Positions 51,438 to 64,000 are shown, counted from the first letter of the stretch. The stretch is 64,000 bases of DNA from Octopus sinensis (GCF_006345805.1 NC_043003.1:116560001-116624000); one strand, 5' to 3'. Made by a program: numbers and translations. The notes: generated by a model not told the origin, from the sequence alone.

Positions 51438-52992
51438 TGTGAGCAAATAAAGGATTGAATTTTAGGGCTTATAAATCTAATATTTTCCTATCCTTCCTTA
51501 ATACGGGCTCCCATATGCTCTTCATATCTGCACTCGGTCTGCTTAGGAGGTTGTTGTGTCCTAGCATATGTGCTGCTTCTTTTAGTTTCCGTATTTTCCA
51601 GTGGTGTTCTGTCTTTTATCTTAACTTCATCCCACAGGTGGTCTCCATTTTTCCATACATGATCAGCTGTACCTGATTTATCAATATCTCCCCCTGTCAC
51701 AACTTTGCGATGTTCTTCTACCTTTATTTTGAGGGGGCGGCATGTTTCGCCTTTGTATAACATACCATAGCTGCATGGGATCGAGTACACTCAGGTTTTT
51801 GTCATATTCTCTTCTATTGGTGGTTTTACTCGGAGATATTTGCGAAGTGTTGTATTACACTTGAGAACTCTCCTGATGTCATATGGGCCGCATGTCTTTT
51901 GTATCTTTTCGGAGAGGCCTTTCACACAGAGTAGACAGACTGGGGACAGTTTATCGGTTTCATCCTCTCTTTTCTTCGTAATTGGAGCGGAGAGAATACT
52001 TTTGGAATAGTCGTTGCTTAATAGATTCTGACTGAGCTTAAAATTTTCTTCGTGGTATCACGATCGCTACTTATATTCTTTGCTCGATATTTTAAGCACT
52101 GAGCAATCCCTCTCTTTACACTGTATGGATGGTGGGAATTGAAGTTAAGGTATTGTCCAGTGAAGGTTGGCTTACGGTATACGAGTGTCCTGAATCCATA
52201 CTTGATGCGTGTTATCAATACGTCCAGGAATGCTAGCTGATTGTCTTTTTTTCCTTTTCCATTGTGAACTGTATGGAAGGCTTTATTGAGTTCACATGAT
52301 CTAACAGAACTTGGACATCTTCCGGGTGGGGACAGAGTATAAAGGTGTCATCAACATATCGCAGCCATAGGGTTAGTTTTAGTGGTGTTGATCCTAAAGC
52401 CAAATTCTCAAAGTATTCCACGTATATATTGGATATTGTTGGTGATAATGGCGAACCCATAGCTAAACCCTCTTTTTGTCGATATATATCAGTGTCCATG
52501 TTGTAATAAGTAGTTTCTACACACAAGGTCAACATTTCCATCAAGTTTCTTATTGGTTTACTAGTGCGTTCTTTTAGATGGGCGTCTGTCACTAGTTTCT
52601 CTTGAATCACCGATAGTGCTTCACCAGTTGGGACTTTGGTGAACAGATTTATCACATCTAGACTCACCATCTGGTTGGATCCAATGGGGGTATCCTTGAT
52701 CAATTCTGTGAAGTGGATGGAATTCTTCACGAACGAGGCTGACTTTTCTGCTAATGGACTGATTATATCCACAAGGAAGCGTCTCAGTGGATGCCATGCT
52801 GACCCTCTTCAGGTCACTATTGGTCTTAAAAGAATACCATCCTTGTGAATCTTAGGGAGACCGTACATGTGTGGTAGTGTTGAGTCAGTTGTCTGTACTT
52901 CATTGGTGTAAAGTGATCCTTGTACTTAATCAAGATCTGTGACAGCTTTCTCTCTGTTTTCAGAGTTGGGTTGTTCTTTAGGTTGCTGTAGC

Positions 52993-53217
52993 TACCTATT
53001 TCTTTATTACCCACAAGGGGCTAAACATAGAGGGGACAAACAAGGTATTAAGTCGATTACATCGACCCCAGTACGTAACTGGTACTTACTTTATCGATCC
53101 CGAAAGGATAAAAGGTAAAATCGACCTCGGCGGAATTTGAACTCACAACGTAACGGCAGACGAAATACCGCTAAGCATTTCGCCCGACGTGCTAACGTTT
53201 CTGCCAGCTCTCCGCTT
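52993..53217 (-). mobile_element. SINE family C, young subfamily
   Basis: GCGGAGAGCTGGCAGAAACG...AATAAAGAAATAGG|TA. Confidence 0.9.
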
Positions 53218-53425
53218 ATAAGACTTGCCAATTTTTCCGGGCTCAGGGAGATGAACTAAGGTGAACAGTGAGACAGGTACTAGAAAAAGCGAAACTTCCC
53301 AAACCAAACATTAGTAAGGAAGAAAAGGTCGCTATCAAAAGCCTACAATGACAATTCCATCATAATACTTCCAGCGGGAAAGGGAAATACTACGGTGGGG
53401 ATGAACCAGTCTGACTACTCGGGAA
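53218..53425 (+). pseudogene. Inverted upstream piece of the Poseidon-type PLE ORF
   Basis: Plus strand EKAKLPKPNISKEEKVAIKSL...NSIIILPAGKGNTTVGMNQSDYSGK, the PLE segment that normally precedes Y..LKNNPT (minus strand, about 52990). Confidence 0.8.
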
Positions 53426-54260
53426 AATAGACACGCGTGCCGTTAACGTAGTATTCAGAGATTCAGTTTGACACAGATTGGGACAAGGCTGGCCTTTTGA
53501 GTTACATAAGCAATTCGTTTTTACCAAGTGAGTGGTCTGGAATAATGTGAAATAAAGTGTCTTGTTGAAGGACACTATGAGCCGCCGGTTATGAACTCAA
53601 GGTTTTACAATCGAGAGGCGAATAACCTGGCCAATAAGTCACGTGCCTTCTCACTAATGATGCACCAAGATTATGATAGTCGCACGAGTTGTAAATATGA
53701 ATATAGACTTTGCTATGGCTCAGGTGAAATTGACGAAATCAAGATAAGTGAGGCATGAAAAGGATCCGCAATTATAAGCATTACATTTCTATGACAAAAC
53801 GATTTGGAATTGAGACCAATAATAGATGCGAGAACAATCGGAATCCATTGCGTTCATACATTTTTAGTACATATTATTGAAACCATTTCTAAAACTGGTT
53901 AAATATTTAAAAGAGATAATCTGTGTAGGCTGAAGTCCATTCTAGGAATGGTCAATGACGAATACAAAAAGCTTTTTATTCGTGATTACATATGCAAACA
54001 TCTTTCACAAGAATGACAGAGAAACAAACAAAAATTGTATTCGAGGACAGGAAGTCATATACCCATCTGAGGAAGATGCTGATCCTAAGAGAATGATGCT
54101 GATCTAAAATATGTTTCATTTCAAGTGAAATTCCTTGGAGTGTACTTCCCCATGACACCCTTGGGTATCTCCCCCCCCTGCATTCTTTCAGGTCACGTGT
54201 TATTTAACCACTCGTTGTTTTCTTTGTTGCTTTCACCACCACATCACTAGATTGCAGGTA

Positions 54261-54467
54261 TACTCTCTCTTTTACTCTTTTTACTTGTTTCAGTCATTTG
54301 ACTGCGGCCATGCTGGAGCACCGCCTTCAGTTGAGCAAATCGACCCCGGGACTTATTCTTTGTAAGCCCAGTACTTATTCTATCGGTCTCTTTTGCCGAA
54401 CCGCTAAGTGACGGGGACGTAAACACACCAGCATCGGTTGTCAAGCAATGCTAGGGGACAAACACAG

Positions 54468-54511
<44 letters not shown>

Positions 54512-54708
54512 TATATATATTATATATATATATATATACACATATATACGACAGGCTTCTTTCAGTTTCTGTTTACCAAATCCACTCACAAAGCATTGGT
54601 CGGCCCGGGGCTATAGCAGAAGACACATGCCCAAGATGCCACGCAGTGGGACTGAACCCGGAACCATGCGGTCGGTTAGCAATCTACTTACCACACAGCC
54701 ACTCCTGC
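54261..54708 (-). mobile_element. SINE family B, full length
   Basis: Close match to 1093-1520 and 47591-48020. Confidence 0.9.
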
Positions 54709-54949
54709 TAATATTTCTCAAAACCTGAGGCTCTCTATTGTTAGATCTCCTGTCCCAAAAATCTTACATTTCCTGCCAGTTCCCAGTTTGGACGCGATTT
54801 ATCCCACAACCTTTTTCTTTTGAATCCTGAAACATATAGAACTGTCTTGGTTTCCAAACTCACACGACACCACGGTGGAGTTTAAGCTTCATTTCAACTT
54901 TGCTGGTCGACAGTATACATCAAGTAGAATTCCCAGCCATTTTCTCATA

Positions 54950-55243
54950 TGTATGACCCCCTTCGGTCAGACACTAACCATGGGTTTGCACCTAGAGAGT
55001 TACCCTCTGAGGCACAAGTCTGGGCAAGGTTGTTTTATGGAAGACCAGTAGTCGCCCATGCATACCGGCCTCCCCTCTCCACGTCACCGATGTTGTCCAA
55101 GGGAAAGGCAAGGGCCGATACAACTTGGCACCTGTGACGTCGCAACTCATTTCTACAGCTGAGTGAACTGGAGCAACGTGAAATAAAGTGTCTTGCTCAA
55201 GAACACAACACGCAGCCCAGTCTGGGATTCGAGCTCACAACCT
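54950..55243 (-). mobile_element. SINE family D (B box, CTTGAGCAAGACACTT central domain, distinct tail), head truncated
   Basis: Minus strand GAGCTCGAATCCC...GTTCTTGAGCAAGACACTTTATTTCACGTTGCTCCAG; related fragment at about 53520-53650. Confidence 0.65.
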
Positions 55244-56000
55244 ATTTCTAAATATTAACCTCCGTCATTTCCACTATTGTAGTTTGGATATCCTACATCA
55301 GCAAAAGCCAGATGAGAATCGAGCCAAATTTGAGCTGCAGGCACTAGACATTGTATATGCAACAGAATATCATATAGTTCCATTAACCGAAAGTTTTCTT
55401 CTGTCTTTTGCTTGGCATCCTTTCCAATTTTTATAACCTTCAGTCTATCTTCATACCACTTTCTAAGAAATTTAATTCTTTCTGCTATTATTGTTAGAGT
55501 GAATTAGTTGGCTACCGTGAATATGCTCTTATCAGCTCCACTCACCTTCTATAGTTTATGTAATAACTTTCAAACCATAAAGTCCGTGAGAGTCTGGATT
55601 TATAGTTCAGTATGCAATGAACCGGAATAAGCGTCGCACGAGAGCGTTATTCTCTCTGTATCATTGACATTTGGTTTTCTGGTTAATTTCGTTATACCAT
55701 TCTCTTGAAGACAACGACTGCTTTATATCGAGTGACAACTTGTGGCTTTCATTCGATAAACAGCGACTGACGGGATGAAGAATCACAGAATTATAAACAT
55801 GCTTCGCAATGGAATCTCTGCTGAATGGTCTGTATTTCGATGTGGCATATTTAGTGTCTACATTTGATATTTGTCTAATTCTCCTGAATGTAAATGTATT
55901 GTATTTCTTACCTATCAAGTCGGTCTGTACACTTCGTGTTTAAAGAACTTGTGAATCTGAAATATTTATCTATATATATAATTATATATAATTAATAATA

Positions 56001-56361
56001 TATATTCTTTATAATATTAATGTAGAATATAGAATATATAGTATAAATAGTATATATAGTAAAATGAAATGAAGTATTGGTTGTCTTATTGAATTGATGA
56101 ATATTGAATATAAAATGTTAAGGGACTAGCATACTTTCTTGCATTAAAGGAGTCTTCAAGGTCCCAGGTTCTGACAGGAGTGTTTCTCACAACCTGGGAC
56201 CTTGAAGACTGCTTTAATGCAAGAAAGTATACTAGTCCCTTAATATTTTATATTCAATATTTCATCTATTCAATAAGACAATCAATACTTCATTTCATTT
56301 TACTATAAATATTATTTATACTATATATTCTATATTCTACGTTAATATTATAAAGAATATA
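56001..56361. repeat. Long inverted repeat (about 170-bp arms, 20-nt spacer)
   Basis: ...CTTCAAGGTCCCAGGTT (to 56170) / AACCTGGGACCTTGAAG (from 56191); about 10 differences by eye. Confidence 0.95.
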
Positions 56362-56409
56362 AATAAAACATAAAAACAGACAGAGCTGGAATTCCTTTAA
56401 ATAATATAT

Positions 56410-56457
<48 letters not shown>

Positions 56458-56479
56458 CTGTCAGTCAGTCAGTCGGTCA

Positions 56480-56664
<185 letters not shown>

Positions 56665-56674
56665 TATATATATA

Positions 56675-56800
56675 CAGTGTGTCCACAAAGTCTGGGTACA
56701 TGGAGTAAATAAAATTATGACATAAACAATTAATATAAGAAATAATAATTTCTTAAAGTATGTGTTAATTCCCATGTACCCAGACTTCGTGGACACCCAG
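56675..56800. mobile_element. Tc1/mariner MITE in a (TA)n array
   Basis: TIRs CAGTGTGTCCACAAAGTCTGGGTACATGG / CCATGTACCCAGACTTCGTGGACACCCAG with flanking TA. Confidence 0.85.
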
Positions 56801-58036
56801 TATATATATACATATATATATATATATATACAGACACATGGGCGTGCGCACGCACACACACGCATACAACTCACATACACACATACGCGCGCACATACAC
56901 ACACAAACACATGTATGTGCACACGTTCCCTATTCGAGTGTGTACCTTTGTGTATCAGGTGGGGTTTTTTTTATTAACTGAGGGACATGAATACACAAGG
57001 TTTATTATTTTTAGAAGTAAACAATCCTGAAAGAACTTCGACTTTTATCGAAGCCAACCTCATATCGTATCTAAATGTACTGAGGAACTGAAGAGCGACT
57101 TTGATTGGCTTCGTAGCAGACCTTCCATCAAATAATTAAATCCTGTAACACAGATATCTCCAATTTGTTCCACATATAGATTGATAATTTTTAAAAAAAC
57201 TGTTGTCAGTAATTTATGCTTCGAGACAAATATTTTGAAGTTTTGTTTCCTCGTGTTTTTATAAGCTGAGATGTACCAAAAACTGTATAATAAAATCGCT
57301 GTCTTATGATTTAAATATTTTCGGAATCCATACTGCCTCTTTCCTGCAGAATGTTACTATTTTAGTAATATGTGAATATGATGCGTGATTTCTGTGCGTA
57401 ATTCTCAGACCACACGCTGATTTTTTGAATCTAACATTGAAAACTATACTTTGATTGCAAGAAAATATATCTCTATTCCTAGTGTAAAAAGGGTTAAATA
57501 CTTCCTTCTGATCTGAATTAATGTTGTAGTTCGATAAATTCCCGGTAGGTCACATGTAAGTAACGCATCCATAGATGCACGCCGTCGTGTGAAGAAGAAA
57601 AACAAATGTAAAAAACATAAATATGGTAAATAATACTACATGTGTATGAGAATATATAAAGTAGCATATTGCTCATTGAATGCTGTTATTCAATAGAAAG
57701 CAGAAACATACGAAGTACAGCATAAACACACTCATGCAGACACACAGAGGAAGAGATACCATACACACATATATACACATATACACATATACGTATATGA
57801 GGCGGAAAACTGATACAGGTCTGTTGTTTCGTGATTAATACAGCATTAAGCGTTAAGCTTATGTATGAATGCTGCCGCCTTTAGAGACAGAGTGGCATAT
57901 GTACACACATAAAAGAGACGAAACTGTTAAAGATACCTTTCTGCATTTATCGGTTCTATGTTCGTGTATGTCTGTATAAACACGTATAATGTGTGTGTTT
58001 GCCTGTACGGGGCTGCGTATGTGTGCGTGCATATAT

Positions 58037-58084
<48 letters not shown>

Positions 58085-58447
58085 AAGCACTTGTTTGTGC
58101 ATTTCTATATGTGTGTATATGTGTGAAGAAGTCTATATGGAAGTGCTGGAGAAAGAGAGGTCGGGGAGAGCTGTAGGGAGAGGTTTGGGGAGAGGTGGTC
58201 AGCGCAGCAGAATACTTACATCATGTAGGAAGTTTGCTAAAACAAGTGCGTATAGATATGTATGTATAAATAAATACACACATATATATATATATATATT
58301 TATATATGTATGTATGTATATATATATATATATATATATGTATATTATATATATATATATGCAGGTATGTATATACATATATATGTGTGTGTTTGTGTGT
58401 ATCTATATATATTTGTGTGTATATATCTATATATATCTATCTATCTA

Positions 58448-58502
<55 letters not shown>

Positions 58503-58631
58503 GTATCTATGCATGTATATATATGTATATATAAATAATAATATATATATGCAGTATGTATATACGTATATATGTGTTGTTTGTGTGTATCTCTATATAT
58601 GCGTGTGTATATATTTCTATATATCTATCTA

Positions 58632-58675
<44 letters not shown>

Positions 58676-58740
58676 ATGTATATAAATATCTCTATATATA
58701 ATATATATACATATACATATATAGGTGTGTGTATCATATG

Positions 58741-58792
<52 letters not shown>

Positions 58793-58867
58793 TATATTAT
58801 ATATATATATATATGTATGTATGTGCATGTATGTATGTATGTGTATATATGATATATATATATATCT

Positions 58868-58907
<40 letters not shown>

Positions 58908-59055
58908 ATAATATAATATATATATATATACGTATATACATATATGGATGTTGCACTGCGCAATCGGTATATATGATATTTTCACCGTTTCCTTTTCCGT
59001 CTCACTTTCACAGTTTTCCTTGTACCTATTTATGGCATGTGCATCAATAAAAAGG

Positions 59056-59094
<39 letters not shown>

Positions 59095-59516
59095 ATGTAC
59101 ATATGTATACCTATATGTACAGCTATTTATCTATCCTTATATAACATAAATATTTACATATATATGTGCGTGTGCATGTGTGCATACGCACAAAAACAAT
59201 CACACACATATACATACACTCACACATATATATATGTGTACAATGTATACAATGTGTACAAATAGATGTAGAAATATAGACAGAGATTTATAGATACAAA
59301 TTTTGAATATAAACACACTCAATCTCATATATATATATATAACATATATACACATACACGCACATACACATATATATATCTATATGTATATATATACACT
59401 ATATATATACATATATATATATATACACATACACGCACATACACATACATTTATATATCTATATGTATATATATATACACCTATATATATACATATATAC
59501 ATATATATATATATAT

Positions 59517-59565
<49 letters not shown>

Positions 59566-59599
59566 ATATATACACATTGACAGAAATGATATACATATA

Positions 59600-59654
<55 letters not shown>

Positions 59655-60386
59655 GTATAATGATACTTAAGCAATAGTATACATTTACATTCGCACACAT
59701 AAACGTACATATACAGACATATGCATATATACATATACATGTACACGATCACATTTGCAGTTACTGTGCTATAATGATTCAGATTCTTATATAATGCGAT
59801 AGAAAAAAGCAACCAGCTGCAGGACCATTTCAAAATTACCTCGGTCTTAGAAGACGTTAATGTCTCCGATTGATCGCCCTGCAGCAAAAAAGTCCATCAG
59901 CCTTCTATTTATATGTATATATACATTGACAGAAATGAATACATACAGGCAACGGATTAATACATACATAGAAATGCACAGCAACATTTCAACACACACC
60001 ACCGCGTATTTTATTCGACGTATACTATATAAATGCGGATAATATGCACACTTACACACACCCGTGTGTGTGTATATGTGTGTGTATAATACAAATTATT
60101 TTGCACAAAGCATTGAAATAGTATTCAAGAAAGATATGAGTGATATATGTATATTTGTGAAAACGTCAGTCTCGAGTCTATAGGCCCAAGAATTTGGAGT
60201 TTATCTTGGATTCGCGAGCCTTTAAGATGGCGGGTAGAAGCAGTCGGCATTACGTGGGATAAGGATTGGTGGCAGGGATAATCCCCTCGCTGTTGGTGGA
60301 AAATATTTGTAACTGAGCTTGAGTAAGGTGCCTTGGACAGAGTAGCCCATCCCTCGAATGATTCGAACTTATATATATCTCGGTAG

Positions 60387-60420
<34 letters not shown>

Positions 60421-60428
<8 letters not shown>

Positions 60429-60546
60429 AAAGGCTTCCGAATAAGGAAGCGTAGTGCTAGAAACACAATTTTCATTCCTTTCATGAATTTATTCCTGTTT
60501 GTGTTTCTAGCACTACGCTTCCTTATTCGGAAGCCTTTTATTATAT
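60421..60546. repeat. Perfect hairpin, about 48-bp arms and 30-nt loop
   Basis: ATAATAAAAGGCTTCCGAATAAGGAAGCGTAGTGCTAGAAACACAA and its exact reverse complement. Confidence 0.95.
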
Positions 60547-60567
60547 TTCTATACGAAAAATATATTA

Positions 60568-60900
60568 GGCGCAGGAGTGGCTGTGTGGTAAGTAGCTTGC
60601 TAATCAACCACATGGTTCCGGGTTCAGTCCCACTGCGTGGCATCTTGGGTAAGTGTCTTCTGCTATAGCCCCGGGCCGACTAATGCCTTGTGAGTGGATT
60701 TGGTAGACGGAAACTGAAAGAAGCCTGTCGTATTTATGTATATATATATATGTGTGTGTGTGTGTATGTGTTTGTGTGTCTGTGTTTGTCCCCCTAGCAT
60801 TGCTTGACAACCGATGCTGGTGTGTTTACGTCCCCGTCACTTAGCGGTTCGGCAAAAGAGACCGATAGAATATGTACTGGGCTTACAAAGAATAAATCCC
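60568..60900 (+). mobile_element. SINE family B, 3'-truncated at the palindrome junction
   Basis: Family B sequence stops at GAATAAATCCC|GCGAAAGAG. Confidence 0.9.
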
Positions 60901-61142
60901 GCGAAAGAGTACAGCAGGGATCGCCACCACCCCTGCCGGAGCTTCGTGGAACTTTAGGTGTTTTCACTCAATAAACACACATAACGCCCGGTCTGGGAAT
61001 CGAAACCGAGATTTCTTCTACTTTAAAAAGGGACTCCCAGATACTTGAAAACAATCTACACAAGCAGAGAGGAAAAGTAAACAAAAATCAATCAATATCT
61101 GGTCACCTATGGACGCGCGTTTCAGAATTAGGTTGGAAAGAA

Positions 61143-61194
<52 letters not shown>

Positions 61195-61435
61195 TCTTTC
61201 CAACCTAATTCTGAAACGCGCGTCCATAGGTGACCAGATATTGATTGATTTTTGTTACTTCTTCCTCTCTGCTTGTGTAGATTGTTTTCAAGTATCTGGG
61301 AGTCCCTTTTTAAAGTAGAAGAAATCTCGGTTTCGATTCCCAGACCGGGCGTTATGTGTGTTTATTGAGTGAAAACACCTAAAGTTCCACGAAGCTCCGG
61401 CAGGGGTGGTGGCGATCCCTGCTGTACTCTTTCGC
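60901..61435. repeat. 535-bp near-perfect palindrome centred on (AT)n
   Basis: 60901-61144 vs 61192-61435 differ only by two small indels seen by eye. Confidence 0.95.
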
Positions 61436-61570
61436 CGCAACTTTTTCACACTCTTTCTTCTGTAGGCCTGCTCACTTAGCCAGCGGGGTTGAGTCATTTG
61501 AAGGCTAAAACAATGCGAAGCGCATTGTGGCCAGCGATGTGTAGCAACATCTGATAGCCTGGTCGGCTAC
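61327..61570 (+). mobile_element. SINE family A central part with a different 3' segment
   Basis: B box and family A body up to CTCTTTCGCCGCAAC, then sequence unrelated to the family A tail. Confidence 0.6.
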
Positions 61571-61959
61571 GGTGATCACGGTGATAGATAAATATATAGA
61601 TATATATATATATATGATAGTAGATAGATAGATAGATATTGATAGATAGGTCGGTAGGTAGGTAGATAGATAAATAGATAGAGAGATAGATAGATAAATA
61701 GATAGATAGATAAATATATTGATAGATAGATAGATAGGTAGGTAAGTAGGTAGGTAGGTAGGTAGGTAGGAAGGTAGGTAGGTAGATGGATAGATAGATA
61801 TATAGATAGAAAGGTAGATAGATATGTACGTCGACACATACACATATATACATATATCTATATATATATGTGCACATATATATGTGTGTGTGTGTGTGTG
61901 TGTGTATCTATAGATACGCACATTTCCATATATATATGTATATGGTGGTTTTGATTCAG

Positions 61960-62020
61960 GTACATGATGTAGATAAGCCACTAGAACTGCGAAATACCGG
62001 TATCCATCATTCGATCGGAG
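61960..62020 (+). other. Candidate 61-nt exon, unidentified
   Basis: TTTTGATTCAG| ... GGAG|GTGAGT; the only open frame reads VHDVDKPLELRNTGIHHSIG; weak pyrimidine tract. Confidence 0.2.
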
Positions 62021-63199
62021 GTGAGTTGTTTCAGCTATAAACTACCTTTAGATGCTTTAACATCAGCGTAATGAGCGGTTGTCCCACATTTGCTAATCCG
62101 CAGCTAAACGTCGAATAAACAAATGACATTGTCTGAGGTCGATAATCGTTGCAACACTGGTGCTCCTTTTAACTTAATCTTACGTACGTGTCGTCGTTTT
62201 TACACTATTTACATCTAGTCAAAGACTGTCGATTCGACTCGTTCCTTGTTTCTGAATGAGATTAAGGGCGATTTCTCTCCACTGTCTATAACTCTGAGGT
62301 CTCCCATGTGCTAACCGTCAAACAAACAAAACACAAACATCGAATATGTGCGGTCGATAACGCTTATATATACATACATAAATACCACTCACGCGTACAC
62401 GCATACACACATGCACACATACACACACATATAGTATGTATATATGTAGTGTACTGTTCCGTGATGTAAAGATCAACAAAAATTACCTCAAGTGAGATAA
62501 ATTTTATTTAATAAACACAGTATATGTTTTTATGAGTTATTATTCACCTGACGTACTGAAAGCATGCCAAACAATGATTTTTAACACGTCTAGTGCCCTA
62601 GCACAATCCCGTGCCATAACGAACTAAAAAGGAAACGACAGGGTGAGAGAAAAAGTGAGAAAAAGCAAGAAAGGGGTAAATATAAAATGTGGAAGGTTGA
62701 AAAACCAGAAAAAGAAAACAAAAAGAAAGAAAAGGGGATAATTATAGTTATTTCCCCCTAGACAGTAAAATTCGGCCTGGTTGGCACTTTCCAGTTCGGC
62801 AACAGGACTTTAGCCATATACTTACAACTACTGAAAACTTCGGATCTAGAACTCAGAAGCAAATTTATGATCTGAAATAGTTACTCCAGATTGGTATGTA
62901 GCAAATCTCAACAATCTCCTTCTAAAAATCCAAATATCTGCACATACATTCTCTTTTAAATGCAACTCTCTTGAAGTGCCTACTTTCTGGAAGTGTCCTC
63001 TGTTTCTGAAGTACGAAATGATGCAACTACAAATATGGGAAACTTCACCAATTTTCACCAGAGACGCATTATCCATAGCGTTGTGAATCCTCTGGAGATA
63101 GATAATACTCCTTAATCGCTTCGCGGAGTATCTTGGATTTAAAATCAGTGTGAGAACTATAGCAAGGACGACTTATAAGAGAAAAGATATGATTGCAAT

Positions 63200-63310
63200 T
63201 AATTGCAAATTCGACCTAGACGGAATTTGAATTCAGAGCATGAAGACGGACGAACCGCCGCTAAGCATTGTGTCCGGCGTGCTAAACATGCTACCAGCTC
63301 GCCGACTTGG
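63200..63310 (-). mobile_element. SINE family C, degenerate head
   Basis: GGAATTTGAATTCAGAG...CTACCAGCTCGCCG. Confidence 0.65.
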
Positions 63311-64000
63311 GTATTGTTTCTTATATTAAAGGGATTATGCGGTTATTCCTCGTTCTATTTCCTTTGCCATAACTTAAGAAAAAGCAATTTTATGCTTTCT
63401 TTAATTTCTTCAATATTTTTTGGTTGTTTGTTTTAAGACGAGAAATATGTAGCGCAAATGAAAAATAAGAAAGTGAGAAGCATTTTTAGAGGAAATACTA
63501 ACAGACAGTTCATGAAATAGCTCGTATAAAGACGGTTCACGCATATCTACGTAATTAATCTAAGTACAATGCTCACAGATATTTCAATTAATCCTGATTA
63601 TGACTAGTTTCCATGACAACGGCAAGATATACCATTACTAGTGCAAATATAGAGTGAAGGAACTTGAGAGCGACAAATGTATTTTCAGATAAAGAGGAAC
63701 AAAATAGCTTACTCATACTGTATGTACTACGGTCGTTGTGAATTCCTTTTCAATTGTTTGACTTTTTTTTCTTCTTTTAGACATCCTTTAAGTACATGCG
63801 CATGTCTATGGTGATCAATAATAGACAAAGACAATCAGTAAATAGGCGTATTTCTGTTTTGTGTATGTGCACAAGTTTCTAAATAATAATATTTGTTATA
63901 TAAAGATATAGCCCCCCCCCCATACAGGGAAATTTGATGAAATAATAATAATAATAATAATAATAGTAATAGTAATAATAATAATAATAATAATTGTAAT

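Larger units (their letters stand above)
51175..52990 (-). mobile_element. Penelope-like retroelement, Poseidon-type, with disrupted RT/GIY-YIG ORF
   Basis: MYGLPKIHKDG, LDVINLFTKVP, GLAMGSPLSP, LRYVDDTF, VYRKPTFTGQYLNFNSHHP, YSIPC...YKGETCRPL...EEH; HHR in the 3' terminus. Confidence 0.95.

Overview
AT-rich, repeat-dominated animal genomic DNA, most likely an octopus (inferred from the tRNA-derived SINE families and the very dense (TA)n/(CATA)n/(GATA)n microsatellites; not verifiable without a search). No intact host gene, rRNA, tRNA gene or CRISPR array is supported, and nearly all ORF-track entries are translated microsatellites. Supported content: about 25 SINE copies of four families; two frameshifted Penelope-like retroelements (PLEs) with RT and GIY-YIG domains (Neptune-type at 22.1-24.9 kb, Poseidon-type at 51.2-53.4 kb); an RTE-X LINE fragment; mariner/Tc1 remnants; hAT, Tc1 and Merlin-type MITEs with target-site duplications (TSDs); and several long palindromes. 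The most interesting signal is about ten minimal type-I hammerhead-ribozyme (HHR) motifs with palindromic stem III in PLE-type terminal repeats. They include family-wide core variants, an inverted HHR pair with one different lesion per arm, a solo HHR with a 12-nt palindromic stem III, and a tRNA-like Pol III head just upstream of an HHR. Most of the HHR-bearing ends abut (TA)n tracts. All structures were read by eye, so degenerate boundaries are approximate and no ribozyme activity is demonstrated.
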